DNA from: Flectonema sp. DT1601
Lineage: Eukaryota
Direction: 5' to 3'
Length of the DNA: 64,000 nucleotides
Assembly: GCA_964019425.1 (NCBI GenBank)
Contig: OZ025799.1
Location: forward strand, 1 to 64,000
The notes under the pieces are model-generated. The model was not told the DNA's origin. It saw only the letters and a list, made by a program, of their open reading frames with translations, and did no database searches. Positions 24,101 through 33,654 of the stretch are shown in pieces. The position numbers and the translations under genes were made by a program. Each line of letters starts with the position of its first letter. Positions within the stretch are counted from its first letter, which is position 1.

Positions 24101-24352
24101 TTTTTTGCCCTGTTCTGCCTTTGGGTCAGCTAACAAGTACTTGATATCCCCAACTAGATCCTGAAGTCGTAAAGATCTTTCAATATCAATACAACTCATG
24201 GCTCTTTTTTGTGCTGTTGAAATCTGAATTTCCGACTTCCTGTGTGCCCACTGCGAGTTTTTTTGACCGCTGGCATTTGTCTTTCGTCGGGTCGGTTTGG
24301 CAGACTCGTCAACCCCTCTAAGGCCAGCTGAAAAGAATTTTATAGCATCCAT
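21191..24352 (-). CDS. Hypothetical 1053-aa protein: degenerate EF-hand-like N-terminal region, disordered middle, LRR-like C-terminal region
   Basis: Long ORF. EWFADS...FFNAVFGVIDIWCDT...EY segment; LRR-like LSLRNVDL and VLDIRDNPNLG. Confidence 0.8.
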   Translation of the reverse strand: MDAIKFFSAGLRGVDESAKPTRRKTNASGQKNSQWAHRKSEIQISTAQKRAMSCIDIERSLRLQDLVGDIKYLLADPKAEQGKKQMEVWQVNEMLPYENHNENILNWTGVKEKVRYFKNLEINSIMNRFGLPQKTAINVRRFINKIKEGVLKKRLQKASQLLQESLVGNSRVITNVKSQEEAEDICYISQANAEMNEVGRLHQRIALRENAVLQSIILDIWNNLPKCPKPHNQFIDKQVYQWASARMIDCFTERAKSVNHHSRLNLLRNIDREWFADSNKEFFMNYVAFFNAVFGVIDIWCDTTDIAEYAELAKKIREKLLRKGEFSYSTKLAERHWDEWLREIGCNGDGWLTEHPKRRVPTPLSPEEFPFTRTKPEGVPTDFIQSSSEMFKDLTFKPARRESVVPFCSTTRSTSKFATKVRAVRRATASAEALRNMRRASAARLEATEQAFRGILGSPGAKISRRNTTSMFSLKLPLCDDPDATQDEKEESSDEVESESQTRRSTTSLATVDESETDKKDDDFGNFCDFSSCKTQQQADMPSRWRSDSRHSTFRMWKPSEERMSLSKSDSVRRHRSVKNISIGRRKTQTINTPVVQESDSQDIASKVVTEAFESQSPIINHSKTIIIKQELGNTDLEKIKEGGHTPQIEPTADVKYISDEDKHSLTTGKSDSEEQPASKKSAEVVMQETSRVRNVTSARSRVSMCLENYQGGGGRRATRIEKHTVAKRNELMGLQEYATTSAVCMPPLVVLKPIGGDKRTPFGIFDILPQQKCSSFDILRAPLQESLPTNMRNSKAVLSLRNVDLTTRLLDRLWTESENGTSDVLNSHPYQVLDIRDNPNLGPDSIVALLRIVRKYKSFVMVLLYNTRISNRETIRLSEALFFNFLRHLQLPRAHSCMSEIVSSLSSSIEVLPSLAVSKLMAEAELELNSQRNYAAAFYTAITVCLCRELARRLYLYPDTLLVSDLVSLIINEPRLDSMEGKDTILDEVLSDLSLRFVVVESKIPTSDAVFTVAGCTLAKVLPDFPLSDWLIASDTLSFYEAVVIRLYDFRG

Positions 24353-25647
24353 CCTTTAGTCAGATCCCTCCCTCCTATAAATAAAGAAATAAACGACCCA
24401 CTCGTATTCAGTATTTAATTAATCTGGTGAAGACACAACTGATGCTGGCTGTCAAAGTCAATATCTTACTCTGAAGTCATGTCTTAATCATCGTCCTGAA
24501 TGAGTCAAAGAGTTTGATGGTGATGATTATTTCAATTAATAAGTACAATCGAAAGCAACAAAAATAACAACGACAATAAGAAGAAAAGGGACACAACAGG
24601 GAAGGGACGACAGTTTGTTGTAAAAATACCAGTACCAGGCTCCAATAATATATAAGAACAGACCACATTGCTGGTCTTTCAGCACTCTCGACTACGTTTC
24701 TACAATGCTCGTAATGGCTTCTACATCCTCTTCTCGGTTCCTTTCTGTTGACAAAAATAAACAGATACCACCACATCATATCAGCAACAGTGATAGTTTG
24801 CCTTAAAATAACGTGGTGGTTGCTACAAATAAATCTAATGAATGGAACACCGTAAGTAACTAGTCTTTAATACTCCCTTGTAGTCAGACAATTATTTACA
24901 ACTTAATATCAACCGTGGATTTATTTACTTATTCATTTTTAATATGAAGAAACAAAGATACGTATCCTATGAAGGACACGTGTGGGATGTCCATAACTGG
25001 AATATAAGGGACAAAGTGGGAGTTTGGGATAATCTTTTTTAACAGAGTACAAATGCGGGGGAGCGGGTTTTTTCCATTTCGTTTCAGTACGTGTTTTCTA
25101 CAATAATAAAAACAACAGCCTTCCTGAAGAACGATACTTGCAAAGTTACAAAATTAGACAACAAACAAGTTGAGGAGCAGATGTTTAGTCAAAACAGAAT
25201 TGGGGAATGGGGGCATCTATCCGTCTAGGCGGTGATTTATTAAAACCGCTTTTTTTAATTTCTTTCTTCTGGTTTGCTATTATTTCGATTCCGATGTGTT
25301 TATCGACCAACTGATACCATTTCACATCTAAGTTAGTAAAGTTAACACCCACCTCCTTACTTAGAGTGCCATACTAAATAAATAGAAGGTCTTCGAGAGG
25401 GTTAAGTTAATTCCAACACCAACATCAAGGCTATCATTTAGTGTTTAAAGTAAAAGACATTATTCATAATCAGAGTAACGTCACTCCTCAACAGCATAAG
25501 TCAAGTTGTAGATCGTTGACAGAATCGATGACTTGGATTCAGTTGAGAACTGTTCACTAAAAAGCTTGTCGAGTTGAGACTAAACCTACAGATGGTTTCT
25601 TTGAATCATCTGCGTACTAAAAGTATTTCATCTGATGGTGCTATGTA

Positions 25648-26869
25648 TTACTGATCAAATCGAGCACGAAGGTCACCAACCCCCTGAGTTGTTTCACCAA
25701 CTACTTGACTGCGAGGACTGTAAGCGTCACTCGGAACAGCCGCTCCATTTGCTTGTTTCGGGTTTCGGAGGTGATTTGGATCAACGCGAGACTTATCTTT
25801 TAATGTGCAACTTCCAAAGCGATGAGCTGCTTCCATAACAGAATCGTGAGGTTCATACACAACTTGCACACGAGGTGTGTTATCAACTGCTGGGGGGGTA
25901 GTTGCTTCAACACGAGGTTCGCTCTCATCCCTTGGGGGGGAAGGTGCCTCTTCTGTACTGTCGTTATCATCGTCGCTATCATCGTCGCTGTCACTGTCAT
26001 CATCTTCCATCCCAGCAAGAAATGCTGCCTCCTCCGCGGCTTCTTCTTCAGCAAGTTCTCTTAGAAACTTTTCTTCTTCTGAATCACCGTTTTCTGAATC
26101 GCTGTCCTCTTCAGCTGCCACCTCGGCAGCCCGAGCGGCGGCAACTTCTTCGATCATTTCCGGAGGCACGACAGGTGCGACAAGTTCGAGCTGCTCGTGC
26201 TCTTCTGTCTCCTCGATGATAGCCTGCCTTCTTGCATCCTCTACGCTCATCTCCCTTTCTGCTTTGCCTTCTAATTTCGGAGACGGGGTTAAGCACTCAT
26301 CAATTCTACGCTGCTCTGGTGAGTAAGCAGGCGGCGGCTCATTCACTACTTGTGGTTCAACAATTACGGGCGTTGGAGTTGGCGGTGCCTTCTTTGTCTT
26401 CACGTGCTTTGGAAGACGAGGCTTCCTCTTTTTCACAGGAACCCTGTCAACCGAACTGAGAGCCCTGTTGGTTGATAGTTCAATTGATAAGATACTACCA
26501 ATGCACAACAATCCAACGAAAAAAAAGACATACTTTGGAGGGAATTTTAATCGCATAGTCTCCTTCGCCTTCAGTCCCGATGCCTTTCCTTCAAAGACGA
26601 CAGTGAAGGCCCCAGAAGGATGTTGGTGAAGGATGCATCCCTTCTTACCTGCGGCCTGTTTATAAAAATTTAAATTATAACAACAAATGATGTAATTATT
26701 CATGTAGTATTCTATAAACAACAACACAAACCTTATCCATATCCGGCTCATAATCATCTCTCTTAAAGTCTTTCCACGCTTGTTTAATTTCCGAAATTGA
26801 ACTGACAAGAACTGTTACCCCCTGTTGAAGGCGAATCCCTCTTGTCTCCCCTTCCGCTGCCTGAGTCAT
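25648..26869 (-). CDS. Spliced gene (introns 26656-26731 and 26465-26533): N-terminal Mind-bomb-repeat (SH3_15)-like domain plus acidic/Pro-rich tail
   Basis: Two GT-AG introns (76 and 69 nt) join in frame to give GVTVLVSSISEIKQAW...MDKAAGKKGCI...GAFTVVF...FPPKAL, resembling the Mib SH3-like repeat. Confidence 0.65.
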
Positions 26870-27491
26870 TTTGAATCCTTAAAATAGAAGTAAGCACAGT
26901 AAGCACAGTAAGCACACAGAGTAAACACAGATTTCTCATCTTACTAACACGTTGCTGGTTAACAAAAAATAACAAAACAAGCTCGGAAACCAGACAGTAT
27001 TAAAACCGTTCATCGCAATATGATCATTTGAGTGCTTAGACATTTTCAACATTTGTTTCTTTACATTGCAGCTTGCTTAAGAGTTGAAAAGTAGTTCTTT
27101 TATTCTTTCCCTGTTGAAGCCACACGCACTGACACTGGTAGTACGATTTTTCTCATTTTCTTTTTCCTTTTTTTCCTTTTTTTTTGCATTTTTTTTTTCA
27201 TTTCGTCGCATTTCTTTTATTGGTTGATTTCATCACCAGAACTCCCAGAAACAGCGTCAAACAAGTTCAGCGATAATTATCTTTTCGTATTGCTGAGAAA
27301 CGGATTTATTTCCTTCTGCTCATTGATCTGACAAAAGAAAAGCGACGTGGAATCAAGAGATCTGATGGCTGCATATCTGCAACAAGTCAACTATTGACAA
27401 CTTTCTATTAAAATAAAATAGTTCATAAACCTATCCAAGGGAGAGATAAACGGGGACTGATGTAACTGCTTTTCAGATAAAAAAAGTAACT

Positions 27492-28643
27492 TTACGCCGA
27501 GCTAGGGCTCGATAAGAATTTCATTAAAGCTTCCTTGTTTTGAATTGGTGTTGTAGTAGGACGGCCAATGTCTTTGCGGGCACCCTTGTTGACTTTAACT
27601 TCAACAACACACGGTCCGTCGGTCTCACGTAGTTCTTTGATGGCAGTGACAAGATCAGCTTGCGTTTCAACAGATGGGAGAGCTTTGTAACCGCAGCCAT
27701 CGGCAATTTTGTTAAAGTCGATGTGAAAGCCAACTGTTGGCTGACCTCCAACAGAATCATGTGCTCCGTTGTTAATTATAATATGTTTGAAGTTCTTAAA
27801 GCATCCACGTTCTGAAGCCAGCCCACCAACGGAAGCGAGACCTCCCAAGTGCATCAAAGCAGCACCGTCACCATCAAGAACAAAAACCTGCCTGTTTGGA
27901 GATTGAATTGCAATACCTGCAGCAATCTGACTAGCGTGACCCATGCACCCAACTGTCAAGAAATCACGAGCGTGGTTTCCTCCTGTTGCTGCGCGATGTT
28001 CAAATACCTCTCTGCTAGGCATTCCTGTAGTCCCAACTACCGCATCATCCGGAGAAATATTGTCCAAAATAGTTTTAATTGCTGTCTCTCTCGACATTTC
28101 GAAGTTCGTTTCGACCTTCGTTTGCAGCGCGTAACTCTCGAAAGTCCCCTTCCTCACGAGAATGGCAAACGGAGAAGATTTTTCCCGTAAGTGCGTTGAT
28201 GCCTGTGAAAGCAATTCGTCCATGTTATCTTCTTCCAGCACTCCGTACGGAATCTGACAACTGTCAAGTAGACTCGTCTGAAGTGCTCCCTGTGCGACAT
28301 GCTGAGGTTCATCCTTGACTCCAGGTTCGCCTCTCCAACCAATTAATAAGAGCATTGGAATGCTATACACCTTCTCGTGTGTCAATGACAACAGAGGGTT
28401 AACAGTGTTACCAAATCCAGAGTTTTGCATGTACACTGCTGGCATCTTTCCAGTTGCTAAGTGATACCCAGTAGCCATTGCAACAGCACTTCCTTCATTG
28501 GCGGTGCAGATGTTGTTGTCACCGGCAGTGTCCGTAATGTATGCACAAAGATCCTTCAACAGCGAGTCTGGAACTCCGTAGTAATTTTCAATACCGCGCT
28601 TAGAGAGCGCGTGGTAAAGATTCGAAGCCTTGATCTTTCCCAT
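27492..28643 (-). CDS. aepY: Phosphonopyruvate decarboxylase (ThDP-dependent)
   Basis: GVPDSLLK, ANEG, VYMQNSGFGN, IGWRGEPGVKDEPQH, TTGMPSRE, DFLTVGCMGHAS, ThDP motif DGDG...NN, and HDSVGGQPT. Confidence 0.93.
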   Translation of the reverse strand: MGKIKASNLYHALSKRGIENYYGVPDSLLKDLCAYITDTAGDNNICTANEGSAVAMATGYHLATGKMPAVYMQNSGFGNTVNPLLSLTHEKVYSIPMLLLIGWRGEPGVKDEPQHVAQGALQTSLLDSCQIPYGVLEEDNMDELLSQASTHLREKSSPFAILVRKGTFESYALQTKVETNFEMSRETAIKTILDNISPDDAVVGTTGMPSREVFEHRAATGGNHARDFLTVGCMGHASQIAAGIAIQSPNRQVFVLDGDGAALMHLGGLASVGGLASERGCFKNFKHIIINNGAHDSVGGQPTVGFHIDFNKIADGCGYKALPSVETQADLVTAIKELRETDGPCVVEVKVNKGARKDIGRPTTTPIQNKEALMKFLSSPSSA

Positions 28644-29418
28644 TTTTAGTTCTTATTTTCTCCTTCTAAGTTGTCCTAAGTTAATCATAAAATAAAATTG
28701 AAATGCGCTGAACAAAGCATGTGTGTGTTTAAACAGCAGCGTAGTAAAAATATAATATAGTGTTATTATACTGTATTTATAAAAAAACATGGCGACAAAA
28801 GTCCAAATCTCCAAAAAATGGCCGAATCCACCAACATTTAGGCAAGCTATGTTTTTTTACACTCACTTAGTACATCCCAGTACATTTTTTTGAGCCGGAA
28901 TGACAGGAGTATGAGCAGTGATCGCCCAGCACCGCGACCTTCAACACCAGATTCCTAAACAAGATTTTATGGTCCGGAATATGAGATTCCTAACCACCAC
29001 TGCTTTCAACGGGGCAATTAAAAAACCTACGCAAGTCGATCCCGTTGACTGATTTGAACTTCAAGTATTTGATTCCTTTATCTGAAAATTAGCAACAAAC
29101 TCCCAAATAATCCACCACGATGATGACCTCAACATTAGGATCTCACAGCCTGAATTGGTAGGGCCCAGGTAGCCTGCGAGAAAGTGAGGTTACTGCATCG
29201 CGTCCAATAAAAATAATCGTTGGTTTATGAGTTAGTATTAAATCACCGTGTGGTCACCGTGGTCACAAGTAAATAGTTAGAAATAACGTTGGCATCAAAC
29301 AAATAATAGTCCGCCCCCTACTCTCAGTGAAGAAAGTAGTGCAGTTTCCTCACTGTCTTACTCCTCTTTAGCAAAGGGGCTACGTCAACATGGGAACAAC
29401 AAAATAAAAAAGAAATGA

Positions 29419-29656
29419 TCAAGGGGGATTAACTGTTTGATTTTGTAAAATACAAATCTATTGTATCATAAACAACATAACGATAATTTTACATCAGTTT
29501 TAGATACAGTGACTAAGTGATGCGTAACTTAGCCTTTTAAAGTAACTATTAGGTTCAAGGGGGTTAACTGTTCGAGTTTGTACGTAAAATACAAATGTTT
29601 TGTATCATAAACAACATAACGATAATTTAACATTAGTTCTGAGATACAGTGACTAA
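29419..29656. repeat. Imperfect direct repeat of about 100 bp (29419-29516 and 29555-29656)
   Basis: Both copies read TCAAGGGGG..TTAACTGTT...GTAAAATACAAAT...TTGTATCATAAACAACATAACGATAATTT...GATACAGTGACTAA. Confidence 0.85.
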
Positions 29657-29668
29657 AGGTAATGTTAG

Positions 29669-29845
29669 TGTAGGTATACACTCTGCGATTGACGTAAATA
29701 CTTTACATTATAATAAATGTTCTTTTTCCGTGTTGTCATTCAGTGCAGTACGGAATCGAGTTATTCAATTTTGAATTAATCGTGAGCCCTGGGAAACCAA
29801 AACCAGGGTATAATGTAATACGGCAGAGTGTAGGTTTCACCTACA
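29669..29845. mobile_element. MITE-like element, copy 1
   Basis: Imperfect terminal inverted repeats TGTAGGT-ATACACTCTGC / GCAGAGTGTAGGTTTCACCTACA. Interior similar to copy 2. Confidence 0.55.
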
Positions 29846-29955
29846 AATTACTTGCTTAAAATCAACAATTCTTTGAAAAAAGAAAAAGGGAGGGGGGTAG
29901 AATGTACCAGAGTTAACTAAATGAAAGTTAATTATGATATGAAAGGAAACGTTTA

Positions 29956-30094
29956 TAATAGGTAAACCTATACTCTGCATATTATGTAGAGGACTTCACA
30001 TTATAATAAATGTCATCCAGTGAAGTAAACAGCCGTGAGCCCAAAACCACCTTGTTATCATTTAATATAGAAACAGTGTAAGTTTCACCTATTA
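29956..30094. mobile_element. MITE-like element, copy 2
   Basis: TIRs TAATAGGTAAACCTATACTCTG / CAGTGTAAGTTTCACCTATTA. Shares ACATTATAATAAATGT, CGTGAGCCC and AAAACCA with copy 1. Confidence 0.55.
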
Positions 30095-31120
30095 GTTTAT
30101 CAATAAATAAATAATTCTTTTTTTTTTTTTTTTTTTTTTTAAATCTCTATTCCATGTATAAAAAGTTCTTTGTGAATAATCACATGTGAGTAATGCCAAG
30201 AAACCTGGTAGGGTTTGAGCCTTTGCACCAATGCCGATTGTTCGAAAACGTGGCTAACTAAATGTATGATTGTTGTACCCACGACAGATCATGTTATCCC
30301 GGATTACGTCAAACGCAAGATAATTATTAAGAATAGAGAGAAACAAATAATAAACTGAAACTAAAAATACCAAAAAAAAAAAAAAGGAACTAATAACAAT
30401 GTCAGAAATAGCAGCGTTTTCACCAAGATTATTGATTTCTGGTCAACCTAATGAGTTGCGGGTATCTGAACACGGCAATTATAAAGAAAGGGAAGAGAAG
30501 TAAGAACTGATAGATCGTCTCGAAATAAATCCCAAGCTCGCTATTGAATACAAGCATTGAAATACTTTCTAGCAACAAACGAGAAAAATATCGGCAATTA
30601 GTGATCTTGCAGATTCCTAGGTTTCCTACCTTCATATGTTTTGCTAGACAAGGATATTGAGCGATTAATGACTACTTGCTTTTCAGCATTCACTAGGAAC
30701 CGTAAATTGAAAAGAGAGGAAATGTTTATATTTCGGTGGGGATAATTTAATACTGCATTTTAAGCTCAAAAAGGAACAACAATTTCTCCGACAATCTTGA
30801 CTGTCAGCGGCAGCGTAGTAAATGACTGCAAATAAATAAATAATACCACCGGGCCACGTGAACATAGTTGAGCGTCACTTTCCTATGTTACCGTAACAGC
30901 TTTTTATAACTCATGGGTACTTAATTAATAATTATATTGTTTTGAATAGAAAAAGACGAACACCGAAAAGGAGCTGTTCTTTGTCAATAGCCGTATATAT
31001 CTCGGTGGGTAACTTGATCGGTGGGGATAGAAAATGTTTGTAAATTGAGAGAAAAAACATCTCTTGGGAGCAACAAAATTGACATCGAAGTGCTTGAGAC
31101 AAGCGAGCAATTTGCCGTGT

Positions 31121-32227
31121 TTAAATAGAAGACGTATGAACCCCCCCTATTCGGCTGCCCACGTTAATTGTAAAGGTTGGACAAGATTTCTCTTTCTCAT
31201 TTGCTACGAGGGGAATATCCATTGGTGCGAGCTCTACTCCCTCTTCAGATTCGGGTTCTTCCATTAGAATCTTTCCTTCTTTGTGTACTTTCTTAAAAAT
31301 AGAGTTCATGGTATCAAAGAAAGTTAAAATACAAGCGCCCGTAAGAACTCCCCACCATCCGAAAATACCTCCAAAAAGATCAATCCAAGATTGTCCAGGG
31401 ATGTGAATCGTACGAACTGCAGTAAATCGAGAGACTTTGAAATCTAAAAGCACCATGTAATTCTCAAAAGTAGTATTCGAAGGAACAATTCTTCGATATT
31501 GTGTAGTTTGTAGTTCCGTTGAGTTTACGATTGAACCATTTATAAATTTCTCCTGTTCGATGTTATAATTTATAAAAGCGATATGCCCCAACCCAATAGG
31601 TATCGGTGCCGTGACTGACTTCTGAGTGAACTCCGTATCGTCGATTCCTTTACTTTTTTTATAAGATCGCGCAGCAAACATGAATACCGCTTGGGAACTC
31701 TTTTGGAACTCAATATCTTTAGCACAATCTTTTTCATTTATATAAAGGTTAATATTAAGAGTGTCAAGTGAAGTCCTCATCACGATATCATTCTTTTGTG
31801 CGTAATGGTTGTCAAAACCGAGTACGGAATTTCTAAAAGCCAGTAAGCAGATATCACGAACAGGTGCGTAGGTTCCATTAATAGCACGTTGCTGACAATA
31901 ACGTCTTGGTGAGCAAGAGTCATTGAGACCCAGAAGCTTACAAAATTCACCACCGTATTCGACTATCGCTTTTTCGCAATCACTTTTTGTTCCGTTCAGA
32001 AAAGCTGTACATGCGAAAGCACTAATTCCACAGCTTGCTGCTTCAGGTTTAAATACTAATGAGGGGGGGTATACTCCTTCAAGTTCAACTACGTCAATCA
32101 TCTTTCCCTCAAATCTCCCCGTATTTAACCATCTGGTAGTCAATTGAATCGTCGTATATATTGAAAGACCCAACATTGCTAACATCAACAAATTGCGAAG
32201 TATTTTTATTTTTTTGTAATTTTCCAT
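31121..32227 (-). CDS. Two-TM membrane protein, DEG/ENaC (ASC) channel-like
   Basis: TM1 near the N-terminus, post-M1 YPPSLVF, Cys-rich extracellular loop with N-glycosylation sequons, and TM2 WIDLFGGIFGWWGVLTGACILTFFD matching the LxxIGGxxGLxxGASILT pattern. Confidence 0.6.
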   Translation of the reverse strand: MENYKKIKILRNLLMLAMLGLSIYTTIQLTTRWLNTGRFEGKMIDVVELEGVYPPSLVFKPEAASCGISAFACTAFLNGTKSDCEKAIVEYGGEFCKLLGLNDSCSPRRYCQQRAINGTYAPVRDICLLAFRNSVLGFDNHYAQKNDIVMRTSLDTLNINLYINEKDCAKDIEFQKSSQAVFMFAARSYKKSKGIDDTEFTQKSVTAPIPIGLGHIAFINYNIEQEKFINGSIVNSTELQTTQYRRIVPSNTTFENYMVLLDFKVSRFTAVRTIHIPGQSWIDLFGGIFGWWGVLTGACILTFFDTMNSIFKKVHKEGKILMEEPESEEGVELAPMDIPLVANEKEKSCPTFTINVGSRIGGVHTSSI

Positions 32228-32451
32228 TTTTATTTTGTTTGTTGAGTCGTAACTGAGTAGAATAGAAACAGTTTGTTGATATCACATTACGGGAACACAC
32301 GACGTTAACATGAAAATACCATACTCGTAACTGACAATTAGATAAATATAATATAAGTTACTAGTCAGGTAAATACTAAAAAGTAAAATGTGTAAATGAT
32401 TAGCTTGCATATCAAAAGAACGAGTCACTCGTATTGCCAGTCACAATAGAA

Positions 32452-33654
32452 CTACCAGATGGGTCCCAATAATTCTAATTTAGTTGTCGGGTGTTTTCTT
32501 TCCTGTTGTTTGTACTGCTGTGATAATTCATTGGCTACAAAGCGAAGTAAGCAATCCAGGAAACAAATTACCAAATATGGAGACTCCTCAAATGCGGCAC
32601 CAAACTGGCGGCGGTCCATCGTTGGTCCGACGTGGAAGTTACGGAGAGCTGCACTCGTGTTCTTAACCTCCAACATTTGATATGCTGGGTCTCGCTTTCT
32701 TCGGGACGTCGGAAGTCGGGGCGGACGATTTTCAGGAGGGAAATGATCCAATAAGCACTGCGCCTGATTAGCTGTCAGTCTCCCACTCGGAACTACTTCG
32801 TTATAAAGATCTCCTCTCGCTAAGACAGTTGAGTCAGATCCACAAGCGAGTTTAAAACAAGTGTTGATCACCTGATGCTTCTTATCATAAACTACATCGT
32901 CTACGAGGTCTAGAAATGCGTTTAAGTCAACAGACTCGTCTCGGCTTTTGTCCTTTTCATCGAAGTGGGAAAAGAGTGCGCGGATCATGGTCGGGAGTGC
33001 CTTTCCCTCAGTCAGGTAAAGTAGTACAGATCCAAAGGCTGCTGGGTTGATACCTCCTGTGTGACCAGCAATCTTCAATTTCACTCCCTTGACACCTCCG
33101 TCAGGTATCGTTTCCCTGTACTGATGCAGCATCAGTACTCTCCTCCTTGGTCGAGTTTTGACTGAGTTCGGACCTTTATTTAATTGATCCTGACTACCTA
33201 GAAATTGACGAAAGACTTCCGGTTGAGGTTTCGGATGTTTTATGGACTCGAGAATCTGAACTGCAACCTCGTGAGGTATATTCCGATCTAAGAAAGGCTG
33301 AAATGCTTTAAAAATTAAACAAAGATTAGTTGCGTCAACTACTTTGTGATCTGGCAGCGGGAGTTTGTTCGCATTACCGACATTGCCCGATGACGGCACT
33401 GGTGCTATGGAAGGTCGGACAGTTTTCGTGTACTTCGGAGGGTCTTCATTTGATCGATTCACTATTCGAGGTTTGTTTTGAGGGTTTTCAATCAACTGAT
33501 CGAATTCCTTCTTTGCGGTTTCGAACCTCTCGGCACTCCTGCTCATGTGATCCTTGCAGTTGGATAGCATTCCACATAATTTAATTCGTGAGAGGAGATG
33601 CCTTTCAAGTCTTTCCAGCTTTAAAAAGACATCAATCTTATCCCCATTATCCAT
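32452..33654 (-). CDS. EF-hand-containing hypothetical protein
   Basis: IRALFSHFDEKDKSRDESVDLNAFL helix-loop-helix plus a second degenerate hand. Start placed at the first ATG after an AG acceptor. Confidence 0.7.
   Translation of the reverse strand: MDNGDKIDVFLKLERLERHLLSRIKLCGMLSNCKDHMSRSAERFETAKKEFDQLIENPQNKPRIVNRSNEDPPKYTKTVRPSIAPVPSSGNVGNANKLPLPDHKVVDATNLCLIFKAFQPFLDRNIPHEVAVQILESIKHPKPQPEVFRQFLGSQDQLNKGPNSVKTRPRRRVLMLHQYRETIPDGGVKGVKLKIAGHTGGINPAAFGSVLLYLTEGKALPTMIRALFSHFDEKDKSRDESVDLNAFLDLVDDVVYDKKHQVINTCFKLACGSDSTVLARGDLYNEVVPSGRLTANQAQCLLDHFPPENRPPRLPTSRRKRDPAYQMLEVKNTSAALRNFHVGPTMDRRQFGAAFEESPYLVICFLDCLLRFVANELSQQYKQQERKHPTTKLELLGPIW

Noticed and set aside
25053..25073. Degenerate octamer copy TGCGGGGGAGCGGGTTT
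   Set aside because: Too short and imperfect to distinguish from chance.
26465..26533. Transmembrane helix in the 25648..26808 ORF
   Set aside because: Coincides with an in-frame GT-AG intron.
30200..30260. tRNA-like T-arm (GGCTCAAACCC on the minus strand)
   Set aside because: No cloverleaf could be built and the TTC motif is absent.
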